Below are positions 1-12,197 of a stretch of DNA of 64,000 nt, in pieces. Position 1 is the first letter of the stretch, and the number at the start of each line of letters is the position of its first letter. Both the position numbers and the translations under genes were made by a program. The DNA comes from Octopus vulgaris (taxonomy: Eukaryota): assembly GCA_951406725.2 (NCBI GenBank), contig OX597843.1, positions 20,150,001 to 20,214,000 of the forward strand. The letters run 5' to 3'. Under the pieces are notes generated by a model. That model did no database searches and had not been told where the DNA came from. It saw nothing but the letters and a program-made list of their open reading frames with translations.

Positions 1-212
1 AAGAAGTAGAAGAAGAAGAAGAAGGACAACAACAACAACAATAAGAACGAAGAAGTTGGTGATGAATAAAAAGTAATATAAATAGCAAAAAAAAAAGACA
101 AGATGGACAAACAAAACAATAACAAGAAAATTTGGGAATGAGGATAGAAATGATAATTAAAATATATCAACATAAGTAAAATTATCAGACATACACACAG
201 ACACAAACGTAC

Positions 213-342
213 GAGGGACACACCAAACATTGTTTTATGTTGTGGACGACTAGCTACATTAACATCCTTCCTAAAGAAATTGAAACGGCATATGCAGCCA
301 TCACACTGCACAGTTTGACCAAATTGCCCCAGCTGTAGCTCA
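213..342 (-). CDS. Probable internal exon, LRR C-terminal-cap-like (ELQLGQFGQTVQCDGCICRFNFFRKDVNVASRPQHKTMFGVSL)
   Basis: Minus-strand acceptor ttttctatttgtacAG and donor GTacgt; 130 nt, open when entered in phase 2, matching the phase left by exon 763-834; loose resemblance to LRRCT (CDxC ... PxxxxLxGxxL). Confidence 0.5.
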
Positions 343-762
343 CTGTACAAATAGAAAATGACGACTACCAACTTCAGCACGTCATGTAATTGTAGAGTTT
401 TAAATAACTCATATTATTGAATCAGTATCTCAAAAGAGTGAGGATGAATATATTTCTATACTTTCTGCTCTTGAAGGGAGTATAACTCTGCATAAATATA
501 TATTTCATAATATACCCACCTATAGAAACAAATACAAACATAGATATTCACGTACAATCATACACTCATACAGAAAATGTTAGACATTTATGCAGACACA
601 TAGAGACACAAACATTTCATAGACACCTTTATACACAGTCTTACATGAAAATAGTAGCAGAACATTAGTTAGAGATAGAGAGAGAAAAGGAAGATGAGAA
701 GACATTAAGTTACTAGAAAAATTTCGTAACTAGAATAATATCAAAAAACTTTAGCAACTTAC

Positions 763-834
763 ATTGTCTGTAAACTTAGAAGATTTTGAAAGGATCCTTG
801 TGGGATGGTTGTGATCTTATTCCATCTGAGATTT
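763..834 (-). CDS. Single leucine-rich-repeat exon (NLRWNKITTIPQGSFQNLLSLQT) of an extracellular-LRR gene
   Basis: Exactly 72 nt between acceptor gttttatgtttcAG and donor GTaagt; phase 2-2; fits LxLxxNxIxxIPxxxFxxLxxL. Confidence 0.8.
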
Positions 835-1267
835 CTGAAACATAAAACACAATTCAAAAGTAAGAGTATTAAATATTATTAAAAAGATTTCTTATAAGAT
901 ATTAATTCTTGTATCTTTAGAATGATATTAATAAAAAGAGGACGGTGAAGGAGAGAATGGCAGAAATGATGTTGATGATCATGATGAGGAGGAGGATTGT
1001 GATGTTGATTGTAAATGTTGTAATAATGACGGTAAGAAGGAAAAATGATGATGATTATTATCGAAAACGATGACAAACGCTACCGATTAATTGGTGATGA
1101 CGACGTTGATTATTATGATGTTCATAACGAAGGTGATGATGATTCTGCATGCTAGAAATAGCAGAGTAAATGAGGGAAGGAAATAGTTATGATGACAAGA
1201 TAAATTACAACGATTAGTGAATACGAAAATATGATTAGCAGAAGGACTATGAATATGATAGCGCTGA

Positions 1268-1308
1268 AGATGATACTGATGATTCTGATGATGATGATGA
1301 TGATGGTA

Positions 1309-1380
<72 letters not shown>

Positions 1381-1428
1381 GTGACGATGATGGTGACGAT
1401 CGTGATGATGATGATGATGATGAAGATG
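1268..1428. repeat. (GAT)n microsatellite
   Basis: Directly visible; source of poly-M/poly-H ORFs. Confidence 0.95.
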
Positions 1429-1904
1429 AAAGATGTGATGGAAAATTAGAAATTGATTAGAAACGAAGAAGGTGAAGGAAAATAAATCATAGAACGGATA
1501 AATACAGAGAAGTAGAAGAAGAAGGAGAAGAAGAAGAAGCAAAAATGATTCATGAAGAGAGGAGAAAGCAGTTGAAATAATTAAAAGCAGAAGAACCAGA
1601 ATATGATGAACAAAATGAATGTAGAGAAAAATTGTGAAGAAGACGATAAATGCAGGAAAAGAAGATATATTAAGACAAGAAAAATAACGTGGAATATCAG
1701 AATGGGGAAACAAGTGGGAATAAAAGAATATAAATACAAATACTGTAGTTACACATCAAACAAACGCAAACATATATATATATATACATATATATATACA
1801 TATATATATATTTATATATACATATATATATATATACACGTTTATGTATCTGTTTTGCAAGAATTTTGATGTGAAATCGTTTGTTGAAACAGATATTTGT
1901 TGTA

Positions 1905-2367
1905 TTTAGGAATGGTCATTTTGTCAGTTTAGCCAATAAAAAACACACGCACTATATATTTGGTGTTACTTTGCTTTAGCGTTATTTATTTTTTACATTA
2001 ATCTTACTCTTATTTCGGCCAGAGTTCTTTCGTCACGCTCCTGTGACCTCATCAGTGGTTCATTGCTTTCTTCATTCATATTTGTGTGTCTCTTCTTACT
2101 AACGCTCAGCCATTTTGTATTTTGTATTTCTATTGTATATGTCTTCATTTGCGCCGGGGTATACCTCTATATGTGTCTACATTTAGTTAAAGTGTGTGTG
2201 TCTGTGGGAGGGAGTGCCTGTAATATTTGTATCTCCTGTTTATATATGTTCGAAAGAAGATTAAGATTAACGTCAAAAATAAATAAAGCTGAATCAAAGT
2301 AACACCAAATATATAGTGCTTGAGTTTTTATTGGCTAAACTGGCAAAATGACCATTCCTAAATACAA
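1905..2367. mobile_element. Inverted-repeat-bounded non-coding element, probably Penelope-derived
   Basis: About 85-bp arms (1905-1990 and 2280-2367) are reverse complements; hammerhead motif inside; second copy at about 43553-44010. Confidence 0.55.
2019..2058 (-). ncRNA. Minimal type I hammerhead-ribozyme-like motif
   Basis: Minus strand reads CCA CUGAUGA G GUCAC aggagc GUGAC GAAA GAAC UC UGG: intact core boxes, stem II, short stem I. Confidence 0.55.
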
Positions 2368-2368
2368 G

Positions 2369-2435
<67 letters not shown>

Positions 2436-2765
2436 ATGTGTGTGTGTGTGTGTCTGTGTACATACACACATCCACCTATATATACCTTATCAAACCCTGA
2501 TGTATAAACGCACACACTCACTTCCAGGCCACACATATATTCCCACTTTCTTACACACAGGCAAACACAAATTGCAAGACAATATGAATTGTAGAAGAAT
2601 GAGGGTAAATAAAGAAGATAAGAGAGACATTTAGTTTGTGGAAATGACATTGGATGACATATCGAGATCTTATTATGAAGAGGATGACTAACATTAGAGA
2701 AAGTTGATGATGAAGAATAGGCCGAAGAAGGAAACAACGATGAAGCAGCAGCAGCAGCAGTTGTG

Positions 2766-2811
2766 GTATTATTATTATAATTATTATAATTATTATTATT
2801 ATTATTATTAT

Positions 2812-2901
<90 letters not shown>

Positions 2902-2992
2902 AAGAAGAAGAAGAAGAAGAAGAATATGATGATGATGATTATGATGATGATGATGATGATGATGAGCAACAACAGCAGCAACAGCAACAACA
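2766..2992. repeat. Compound microsatellite (TAT)n(TAG)n(GAA)n(GAT)n(CAA/CAG)n
   Basis: Directly visible. Confidence 0.95.
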
Positions 2993-3090
2993 TTAAAACA
3001 ACAATAGGAGCTGAAGAAAAGAATGATGTAAAAAATAAGGAGGAAACGAAGGAGTCTGTCATGAAGAAAACTTAAATATAATATTTCTGA

Positions 3091-4677
3091 TCTTATAATA
3101 ATTCTGCTTGTCATTATGTTAATTAGTCCGTCGGTAACGCTTTCTCGTAATTAGAGAAAAAGAGGGAGAACGAAAAAGAGCGAAAGAGAAATGTCCATGA
3201 CCTGAGGTAGGAGGAACGTGACTGTAATGCTTTCACGTGATTAGTTGAATGGAATGAGAGACCAAGAGAAAGAAAAAGGAACGAGAAAACGAAAGTAAGT
3301 GGGAAGAGTGGGACAGAAAAAGAGGGAGAGGGAGGAAAGGGGAGAGAGAAAAGAGCGAGGGAGAAAAAGAGGGAGAGGACATGTGGTAGGGGGAACGTAA
3401 TATTTATTACGTGATGAAAAAGTTAGTTGAAGGTAGTGATATTGAGGAGGGTTACGAATACAATTTTAGCAGAGCGGTGATGTTCTGATGGTGAAATTAA
3501 AATAAGGCAGATAGGGAGATAAAAAGATAGATAGACAAACTGGGAAAATGAGAGAAAGGGGAGTGAGAGACGGTGGTAGTGGTTGTGGTGGAAGTGGTAA
3601 TTGTGAGTGCATAATGCAAAGTAACTTTTCAATTGAACTAAGTATTTTATATATATATATATATATTACAATTAAGAAATATACACATTATAATTAAAAT
3701 ATATATATTTCAATTAAAATAAAGTTGGACACAGTAAATTCCATCTCTACAAGATCCCGGTTGATGTTTTTACTGCTTCTCATACATTCTGCCGTTGGTT
3801 GTGCTTCTGCTACGGCGAGATGGAAATTCGCAGTTTACGGTTATTTGATCCTTTTTCCAAAGCTGTGCTTATGAAATAAGCAAATTACAAAACTTGACTG
3901 AACAATGGATAGTTATAGAAGATTAGAAGCTACTCGGGAGAGGATGAGGCACTACAGGCTGCGGATAAGAGAAGAACAGCGGTAAGAAACCAGAGAAAGG
4001 GACAAATGGTACCAACAGATGAGACGATCTGCAATAGATGAAGAGCAACGCAAGCCACAGTTGTAGTGAGAGAGAATGTGAGATCAAGGTAGAAGACAGG
4101 ATGAGGAAGAACAAGCACAGTACAAGGAACAACAAAGATTGATATTTCTGCGGAGAATGGAAAACATGAAAGATATGCAGCGTGCGCAGTATCAGGACCA
4201 ACAGAAAAGCGTAATGTAACAGAGAAGGGAGAATATGGATGATTTGGAAAGGGCTGCTTGTCTCCAAGGTCAAACAGAGAGACATCAAGATGGAGTTGCA
4301 AGTATGAATGCTGAACAGGCGTTACGTTTGCGAGATGAACAGGTACAACGAAAGCGTGAAGGAAGACATGGACTACCACTGAACAGACACAATAATCCTA
4401 AACGAACCTATCGTATTGGTGATATGTACTTATATTGCGAGTATTGTGGTGCACTGAACTTTAAATATGAAAACTTCATGTTCAATCACAATAATAAAGT
4501 GAATTTCCTCCACTGCAACTAAACCCTCAGACATTGAAGCGTTTGTCTGAGAAAATTACCAAGAGTCTGCTTCGTTTCGAAAAAAAACATCAGCAATTAC
4601 AACTGCATATCTTCCTTTACGTCATTTGGTGTGAAACTCTCTGTGCCGCAAGGAAGAGGTCTACATTGTTTCTGTAT
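3091..4677 (+). mobile_element. Decayed autonomous Helitron, 5' part
   Basis: A|TC start shared with the Helitron at 26207; RepHel N-terminal motifs IGDMYLYCEYCGALNF, FEKNISNYNCISSFTSFG and GRGLHCF, with frameshifts. Confidence 0.75.
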
Positions 4678-7600
4678 TGTTGTGGAAGGATTCCGACCAC
4701 CTTCCAATTGACTAAAAGGGAACCGACACATTCCTATTAAATAGACAACTGTCGAGTCTTCAGCAATTAACTGGAAAATAGTTCACTGTGAGCCATTGAC
4801 AGAGAGCGTTGGGTAATCGATTCGCGTCGTGTAAACACTTTCTTTCCCCCTGAATCCTTAAATCATACGTTCCAAACCAGGGTATAAAAGTGGCGAAGAG
4901 TTCTTCGAAGTTTGCGTTGGACGTTTAAATTTGTTTGGGATGGGTATGAAACCAAAGAATATTCGTTTAAGATAGAAGGCTTATTGGCGTCTGTGGTGCA
5001 GTTGCAACAGCAACAATAGTAACAACAACAAGAGCAACTACAACAGCAACAACAACAGTAGTAACAACAACCATAGTGGCTGGAATCAATGTTAAAGAAG
5101 TCTAAAAATACTTCAGGTGGGAACTTGCCTGACAGCATAGCAAACTCTATTGAAGAATTCGGTTATAATCCAGAAGATGGGATTACCTTCTCTGCATATT
5201 TTCGAAGATACGAATAAATTTTCAAAGAAGAATTTATAAATTGATCTGAGGGGAAAAATAGTACGACTACTTTGTAAGACAGGTATCCCTTGCCAAATAC
5301 AAAAACATATAGTAATTATATTCTGCCTATGAAGTCAGGTGAGAGTTGTTTCAATAAAAACTATTAACATTTTATCAAATGATTTAGAACTGGACGAAAA
5401 TTAACTCTACAGACAGAAGCAGAAGAATGCCAGGGTACTCGACGCAGGAAAAAATGAAGAAAAAGATTGCTCTCATATTCCAGTGTCTCCACCGTAACGG
5501 ATAAGAAATAAGACAGAAAATGTCAAGAAGGAGTCCATGTTGTGGTCTTCATTTTAAAAATAACTGCCCGTTTAAAATCCAAAAACGAAATTTTATCAAA
5601 ACGTTTCAGTGAAAGAAGTTCTCTGCTAAATACTTGAGGACAGTTTTTATATTTTGTCCAAAAACATGAAGATTTCGTCACCTGTGCCGAGGATGTTAAC
5701 GGAAAGTGTAAAAAATTCAAATTATATGAATTAAGATGCTGTTCAAATGCATATTTTTTGTTTAAGGCCCAACTGCAAGCAAAGATGGAGATATATGTTC
5801 ACGGATGTCAACAAAATTAGAACTGGACGAAAATTAACTCTACAAACAGAATCAGAAGAATGCCAGGAAAGACGACGCAGAAAAAAATGAAGAATGCGAC
5901 GCACAAAAAGAAATTGAAGAAAAAGATTTCTCTCATATTCCAGTGTCTCCACTGTAACGGATAAGAAATAAGAGAAAAAATGTCAAGATCGAATCCATGT
6001 TGTGGGTGCGGTGGTCAACATTTTAAAAGTAACTGCCCGTTTAAAAATATAAAAGGCGTCAAATGTGGCAAGAGATATCATAAAAAAATCACACTGTAGA
6101 ACAAACCTGGAAAACAGTTCAACAGAAAGAAAACACGAAAACAGGTTATCGGGGACCAAAAAACGAACAGCCTCAAAGGAAATTTGTGTACGTAAAGTTG
6201 CAACTAGATAAGGGCAGTGATATCTCGATAATTAACACAAATACATAGAAAAAAACAGAAGACCTAGATTAAAAAACATTTCGAAAATTGTAGGTGGTGT
6301 TTCAGGAAAATAATTACATTTTAATGGCGTAATGATAAATCACGTTCCATTTCGTGGGAAAACCTTAAAAACCAAAGATTTTGTGTTGAATAATATCCCA
6401 AACTTATTCGGAACACTGAATAGAATTGCTTAACTTATCGGAACTCCCCATAAATCTTTTCAGTAAAAATGTGAATGGTTTTCTTGCCAATACAAATGAA
6501 TCGTCGGACGATTTGTAGAAATAATTTTAAAAGATTTTTCCTGAAGTTCTCTCTGATAAATTAGATCTCAGCATCACAACGAAAACGAAGTTCCAACTAA
6601 AAGTAAAGGCCAAACCGGTATTTAAATATAAACGAACTGTAACTTTGGCATCGTTGGAACAGATAATCTTTTGCATCGTTAGAAACAAATAATCAAAATC
6701 ATAGTGTATGCTGATTTTTTCCACCGGTTTAAATGAGTGTCTTCAAACGTTCCACTATCCGCTACCTACCCTGGGGGATATATTTGTAAAATTAGACGGT
6801 GGCAAGGTATATTCTTAATTGGATATCTCTGATGCGTACCTACATCTTAGAATACCTAAAAATTAATGCACATATATACACAACATGTTACTATGTGTCT
6901 GAAATGTAACACCGGCGATTTTTCAACAGCTTATGGATGCAGTGTTAGCGGATAGTGAATTTGCATTTTCATATCTGGATGATATACTCATTAAAAGCGA
7001 ATCATGGGATCAACATGTAGAGCAAGTAATATATATGTTCGAAAAAATTAGGGATTACATTGAAAAAGAAAGCGTGAATTTTCTTCTTAACAAAAATAAA
7101 ATTGGACAAACAATTGAAAGAAATGGACGAGGACCAGATCCGTTGAGGGCAGACGCAATTACATACAGACCAAAATTATATTCTAAATATGCATAGGGTA
7201 AGCGTTACAGTAGATTATGTATTTAAAAAATGTCAATTGAAGTGGTCTGAAAATTGTCAAAGGGAATTCGACGAAATTTTAAAATATTAACATCTGATTT
7301 GTTGTTAGCACGCTTCGATTCTGTAGCGGAGAATGTTGTAACTTCAGATGCCTCTGAATACTGTATCGGCGCAGTAATGCTACATAAATAAAAAAGATGG
7401 TAACATGAAGGCGGTGGTTCTTGATATCAGCAGAAAAAAATCACAGCCAAATCAAAAAAGAGGCTCTTGTAATTATTTTTGCCGTAAAGAATTGCATAGA
7501 TTTTTACACGGCAGAAGTTTTTGAATACAGACAGATCATCGTTCGTTATTATCAGTACAAGAGTAAAAGAAATAAATATCTAGCCGTACTGCTAATAGGC

Positions 7601-8935
7601 TGCAACGCTGGGGTACGGTATCATTAAACTATGAATTTAAGATAGAGTATATACCATCTAAATAATTAGGACACGGTAATTGTTTATCAAGACCGAGTTC
7701 AGAAAATGCTGAAGCATTTGAAGATACCGTGATTGCTACTTTGCGAGCGGAAAATGAAATTAAAAGCAAACGGTATAACTCCATGCGTGAACTGCTATTT
7801 ACGTTACAAGACATAAAATTACAATTGGGAAACGATATATTCATTAAAAAATGAAAGAAATGCAGAAGTGTTAAAGAGATGAAAGATATTCGAGCCTATC
7901 ACAAGGTGTGACAATGTGCTGATGTATGCACAAAGAGTCGTAGTGCCAGCCACACTACAAAAGCAATTACTAAAGGAATTTCATATTGAGTCAAAGGGAT
8001 TTCAATAATGAAATCGTTAATGAGAATTTAGGTATACTGGCCAACAACGGACTGCAACATTGAAGATATAGTGATAGTATGCAATACGCTGTTCTCTAGC
8101 TCCAAATACACCCTTCACGAAATGGCACCCGTGGCTAAAATCACTTAAGGTTTCATATCACTTTGTTGTGGGGGAGTGTTTTTCAACGTGGTCTGAAGTG
8201 CATAAATGTAGAAAGCCGACATCTCTGGTTACAGAGATATTTGATGTTTGTTAGAATAATCAGATCCATCTTTGATCAGCCGATACCGAGTGAAAATATA
8301 AAAAAAGGAATAATATTTCAAAATTCTTCAAGTTAGGTGACAAAGCTTATTAAAACCTATAGATATCGTAAACAAGGCTGGGAGGATGGTACAATTGTTA
8401 TATAAATTGCAAGAATGATATTCCTGGTAAAAGGTAAAAACAAATATCGAACATAAAATACTTATTAACCAACTTAAAACCTGATTCAAGGAAAAATCAG
8501 ACAAAAGAAGTGAATTTCTCATGAAAGTATTGCACGACACGTTTGAGGTACCAACACAGAAACAATTTGTAATTACACGTTCTAGCACCTGAAAACGAAA
8601 CGAATAGAAAACACAAGAATTGAGCCCTAAGCATAAGAGATATTAAAACTCTGAGCGACTTTAATTCTCAAGTGGAGAATTTAGGGGAGACTAATTCTAT
8701 AAAGAGGATATGCTGTGGTAAGATTCTGACAACATTACAAGTGACTAAAAGTGGTCTGACACATTTCCATTACATGGAGAACTGTCTAGTCGTAAGCAAT
8801 TGATTGTGAACAATTGATTGGTAAGCATTTTCCTATGATCCGTTGGCAGAGAGCTTCGAGTCTCATGTAATAGTAATCGTATTGCGTCGTGTAAACAGCT
8901 TCGTTAAATTATATATCCAATACCAGGATATAGAA
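4678..8935 (+). mobile_element. Full-length but decayed Ty3/Gypsy LTR retrotransposon
   Basis: LTRs about 4678-4888 and 8711-8935 with matching starts (TGTTGTGGAAGGATTCCGAC / TGCTGTGGTAAGATTCTGAC); PBS-like TGGCGA at 4891; purine-rich tract before 8711; TSD TGTAT/CGTAT; remnants of gag knuckle, protease (LQLDKGSDISII), RT (YLDDILI), RNase H (TSDASEY, EKNHSQIKKEAL) and integrase in Gypsy order. Confidence 0.88.
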
Positions 8936-10815
8936 CGTATTCAGGGCCAAACTTAGCACAACACTACGAACTGTCAATGGTCGCCTGCAGTACAGTCAGT
9001 TGTATATTATTAATGCATCAAAGAGTGGAAGCAAGTCAGAACTCCCAAAGCTCTTCTCAAAGAATGGGTGTCATGTGCAACAAGTAAATCCTTATGCTGA
9101 GTTATATGGGAACATGCACATAATTGAACAACAAGAGATTGGAGGTGCCAGGAGTGAAAATGTACAATTACGAAAGTGTGAAATACATTTCAAAAGAACG
9201 GGATATATAAGGCGCTACAATTTTTCCCCTTGCAATGAAATAACTGCACCCTGAAAACCCTAATTGCCATGAGAGAGAAAATTATCTGCAGCGAAATAAG
9301 ACTTTTGAAAACCGATACATCATTGAATTTCTGAAGGATATGAATTTTTGAAGGATATGGTGGACAGACATGTATTTGGTGTAAGAGTAACTCATGTCCG
9401 TGTCATTGAGTTTCAAAAGAGAAGACTTCCACACTGCCATATGCTCGTAGACAAAGTGAAGATCAGAGATGATATAGACAGAATGGTATCAGCAGAAATT
9501 TCTGATTCAAATGATGACCCCGTCTTGCATGATTTGGTTTAAAAAAATTCATGATACTTAGACCTTGTGGTGTTGATAACCCCTCCTCGAAATACATGGG
9601 GAATGGCTCTTGCCAAACAAAGTTTCCCAAGAACTACAGAAATGAGACACTACTAAATATTAATGGATATCCAGAATACAGGAGGCACAATAAAGGGAAC
9701 ACATCACAAGTTGGATTCCATTCTGTTGACAACTGGAATGTCGTTCCATTCTATGCTTACCTATTAAAGAAATGCCGAGCTCATATTAATGTAGAAATTT
9801 GCTCCTCTGTAAAAATGTCAAGTATATATGCAAGTATGTCTACAACGTTCAAGATAGCGCTTCAGTTGAAGTAAGGAATGATTCAGTTGCAGAAGATGGA
9901 CAGACTCAGCAACCTCATGGTTAAATCAGAAATTATGGATATGTTTCACCTTCTGAAGCCTTATGGAGAATGTCTACGTAGAAGCTGCATGACTCGTTCC
10001 ACACTGTCTACAGATTAGCAGTTCACTTTGAAGACCAGCGGAGACTGAGCTTTCACAGAGGTAGCACTTAGAAACCTGCTCAAGAACAGAGAGATCGTGA
10101 CAATACTCTCACTGCATGGTTCAAACTGAATGAGCACGATTAACGGAAGTACTTGTACCCTAACATTCCTAAACGTTATGTGTTTAATGAACGTACAAAA
10201 ACATGAACATTCAGGAGAAGAATCAATACCATCGGCTGCAGAATGAACACAGTGAATCCTAAGGACGTAGAAAAATTTCATTACGATTGCTATTTTGGAT
10301 GTTCCAGGTGCTAAGCGCTTTGAGAAGTGAGCAGTGTAGGAGGTGAAATCTATGCAACATTTAAAGATGCGTACATATGAGTTGGTCTCCTCCAAAATGA
10401 TGAGGGTTTGGAGCATACTATACTTGAAGCTGCTGCGTATCGGATGCCATTTCAGTTGCGTATTACGTTTGCTGTCCTCTGCATCTATTCAAATCTTTCC
10501 AATGTTCTTCGCCTGTGGAATACTGACAAGAATTCTATGATGGAAGATTATGCTCACCGAGGGCTGAATGCAGACTCTACACTCCATAAATTCTGTGGTA
10601 ATTGAAAATGGCATTGGCTGCCTTAATATTAGCTTGCTTGAACCAATTGGAATGTAACGGGTTGAGCAGAAAGATGACATGAACCACCCACGCATTGCAA
10701 CCCTTCCCAACGAGCAGAAAGGGATCGCCGATGCAGTCATTAAAGCCATTGGTAAGAAAAGGTTGAGGTGAGATGCTGGAATCTTTCTATTTCTCTGCAG
10801 ATGTTCCCGGAGGCT
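8936..10815 (+). mobile_element. Decayed Helitron RepHel continued: HUH Rep domain and start of helicase
   Basis: RIQGQ, YSQLYII, VIEFQKRRLPHCHML, PCGVDNP, NGYPEYRR, HINVEICSSVK; ends at a degenerate Walker A (DVPGG). Confidence 0.9.
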
Positions 10816-11760
10816 GTAACTTCATAAATTCCAATTCAATCCGTACACTTCTGTAAATTTCTTATTTACTTTTGCAACGTTTTGTGTTTTGTGTTTGTTG
10901 TTGTTGACGGAATTACTGATAAATGTAATTTCATAATTTACTGCCAGGAGTAACTTCAAACATTTCACTTAAACCCGCGCACATAATTAATTTACCTAAA
11001 AATGTCTTTTGTTAATGGCTTTTTTCTGGTTCCTTCGATACTGGCACTTTGGTTCAGTTAGTAACAAATTTCGCTTCAACACGTACAATTCTTAATTCTC
11101 CGTAAATCTATCTTGTTAATGTTCTGCTCGTCGTATTAAGAAATATAATTTTCGTTACCCAGTTATTTTCATTGTTTACTATCTTCTGCGCCCGTGTATT
11201 TCTGTATAACCATGCCTAGAAGGAAGGTGTCAAATTTGTCTCCAATGTCAAGGTAAAGCCAAAAGAATGTCTCTGTCCAGGGAAAGAGAGACAGCTGCAG
11301 AAAGGGAAGCATACCAAGAAACGAACAGACTGTGCACTACGAAAAAACCAGAGCATCTCAAAGTGAGGAACAGAGGTATGCACGGCTGACAAGGAAAAAG
11401 ATCTCCACTGCAGAGAGACAGGGAATAAGATCTCCACTGCAGAGAGACAAGGAATAAGATCTCCACTGTAGAGAGACAAGGAATAAGATCTCCACTGCAG
11501 AGAGACAAGGAATAAGATCTCCACTGCAGAGAGACAAGGAATAAGATCTCCACTAATTACATTTATTTTTTACTGAGTATTCGTTTTCCTCTTCTCCCTA
11601 TTTTCTTTCTTCTTTCTCTTCTACTACTTTCTTTTCCCTCTAAGCAGTTATGAAAGCGAAAGCTCATTAGGTCACTTTATCTAAAGAGGAACGCAAGACT
11701 TCCTCGTTCCTATTTGAATCTTTTGCATGTCTGCAGTCTTATTTGTATTTTATTCGTTCC
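10816..11760 (+). mobile_element. Probable 5' region of a second Helitron (start MPRRKVSNLS at about 11212)
   Basis: Basic N-terminus resembling RepHel starts; the block recurs at about 49280-49920 and 50330-51180. Confidence 0.4.
11388..11553 (+). repeat. 29-bp minisatellite GGAATAAGATCTCCACTGCAGAGAGACAA, about 5.5 copies
   Basis: Directly visible; under 2 copies in the paralogous blocks near 49860 and 50915. Confidence 0.95.
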
Positions 11761-12017
11761 CCAACTAGATGGCAGTATAACAACATGCCAGATGACACTC
11801 GAAATCTTTAGTCACACACAACTTTATCGATGTGCCTGATGGGTTGCAGACTGATCGATGCTGCACAACACGTTGAACAGAGTCCCACAAATAAAGGACA
11901 ATAGCAAGACGGGTCGAAACGAAAGTTGTACAGAATAAAATTTAATACCAGATCCATCATTTCGTTACTTAATATAATTATGTATACACAAATAAACACA
12001 AACACGCAAACAGACTG

Positions 12018-12114
<97 letters not shown>

Positions 12115-12197
12115 TTAAAAATTTTTGTATCACTTCTTCGCGCCGTTGTTGTTTTTTGTGCTTTCTTGTTTGGATTAATTATATATATATATATATA

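Noticed and set aside
1087-3114. Long ORFs with poly-H, poly-M, poly-L, poly-Y, YI or CV runs (also near 12 kb, 19-20 kb, 36 kb, 41-43 kb and 58 kb)
   Set aside because: They are translations of microsatellites, not genes.
11388-11553. 29-bp repeat as a CRISPR array or LRR-coding repeat (contains AATAAGATC, NKI)
   Set aside because: No spacers, eukaryotic context, and the unit length is not a multiple of 3.
11761-11778. CTCF-like CCAACTAGATGGCAG
   Set aside because: Single imperfect match inside a repeat; no supporting evidence.
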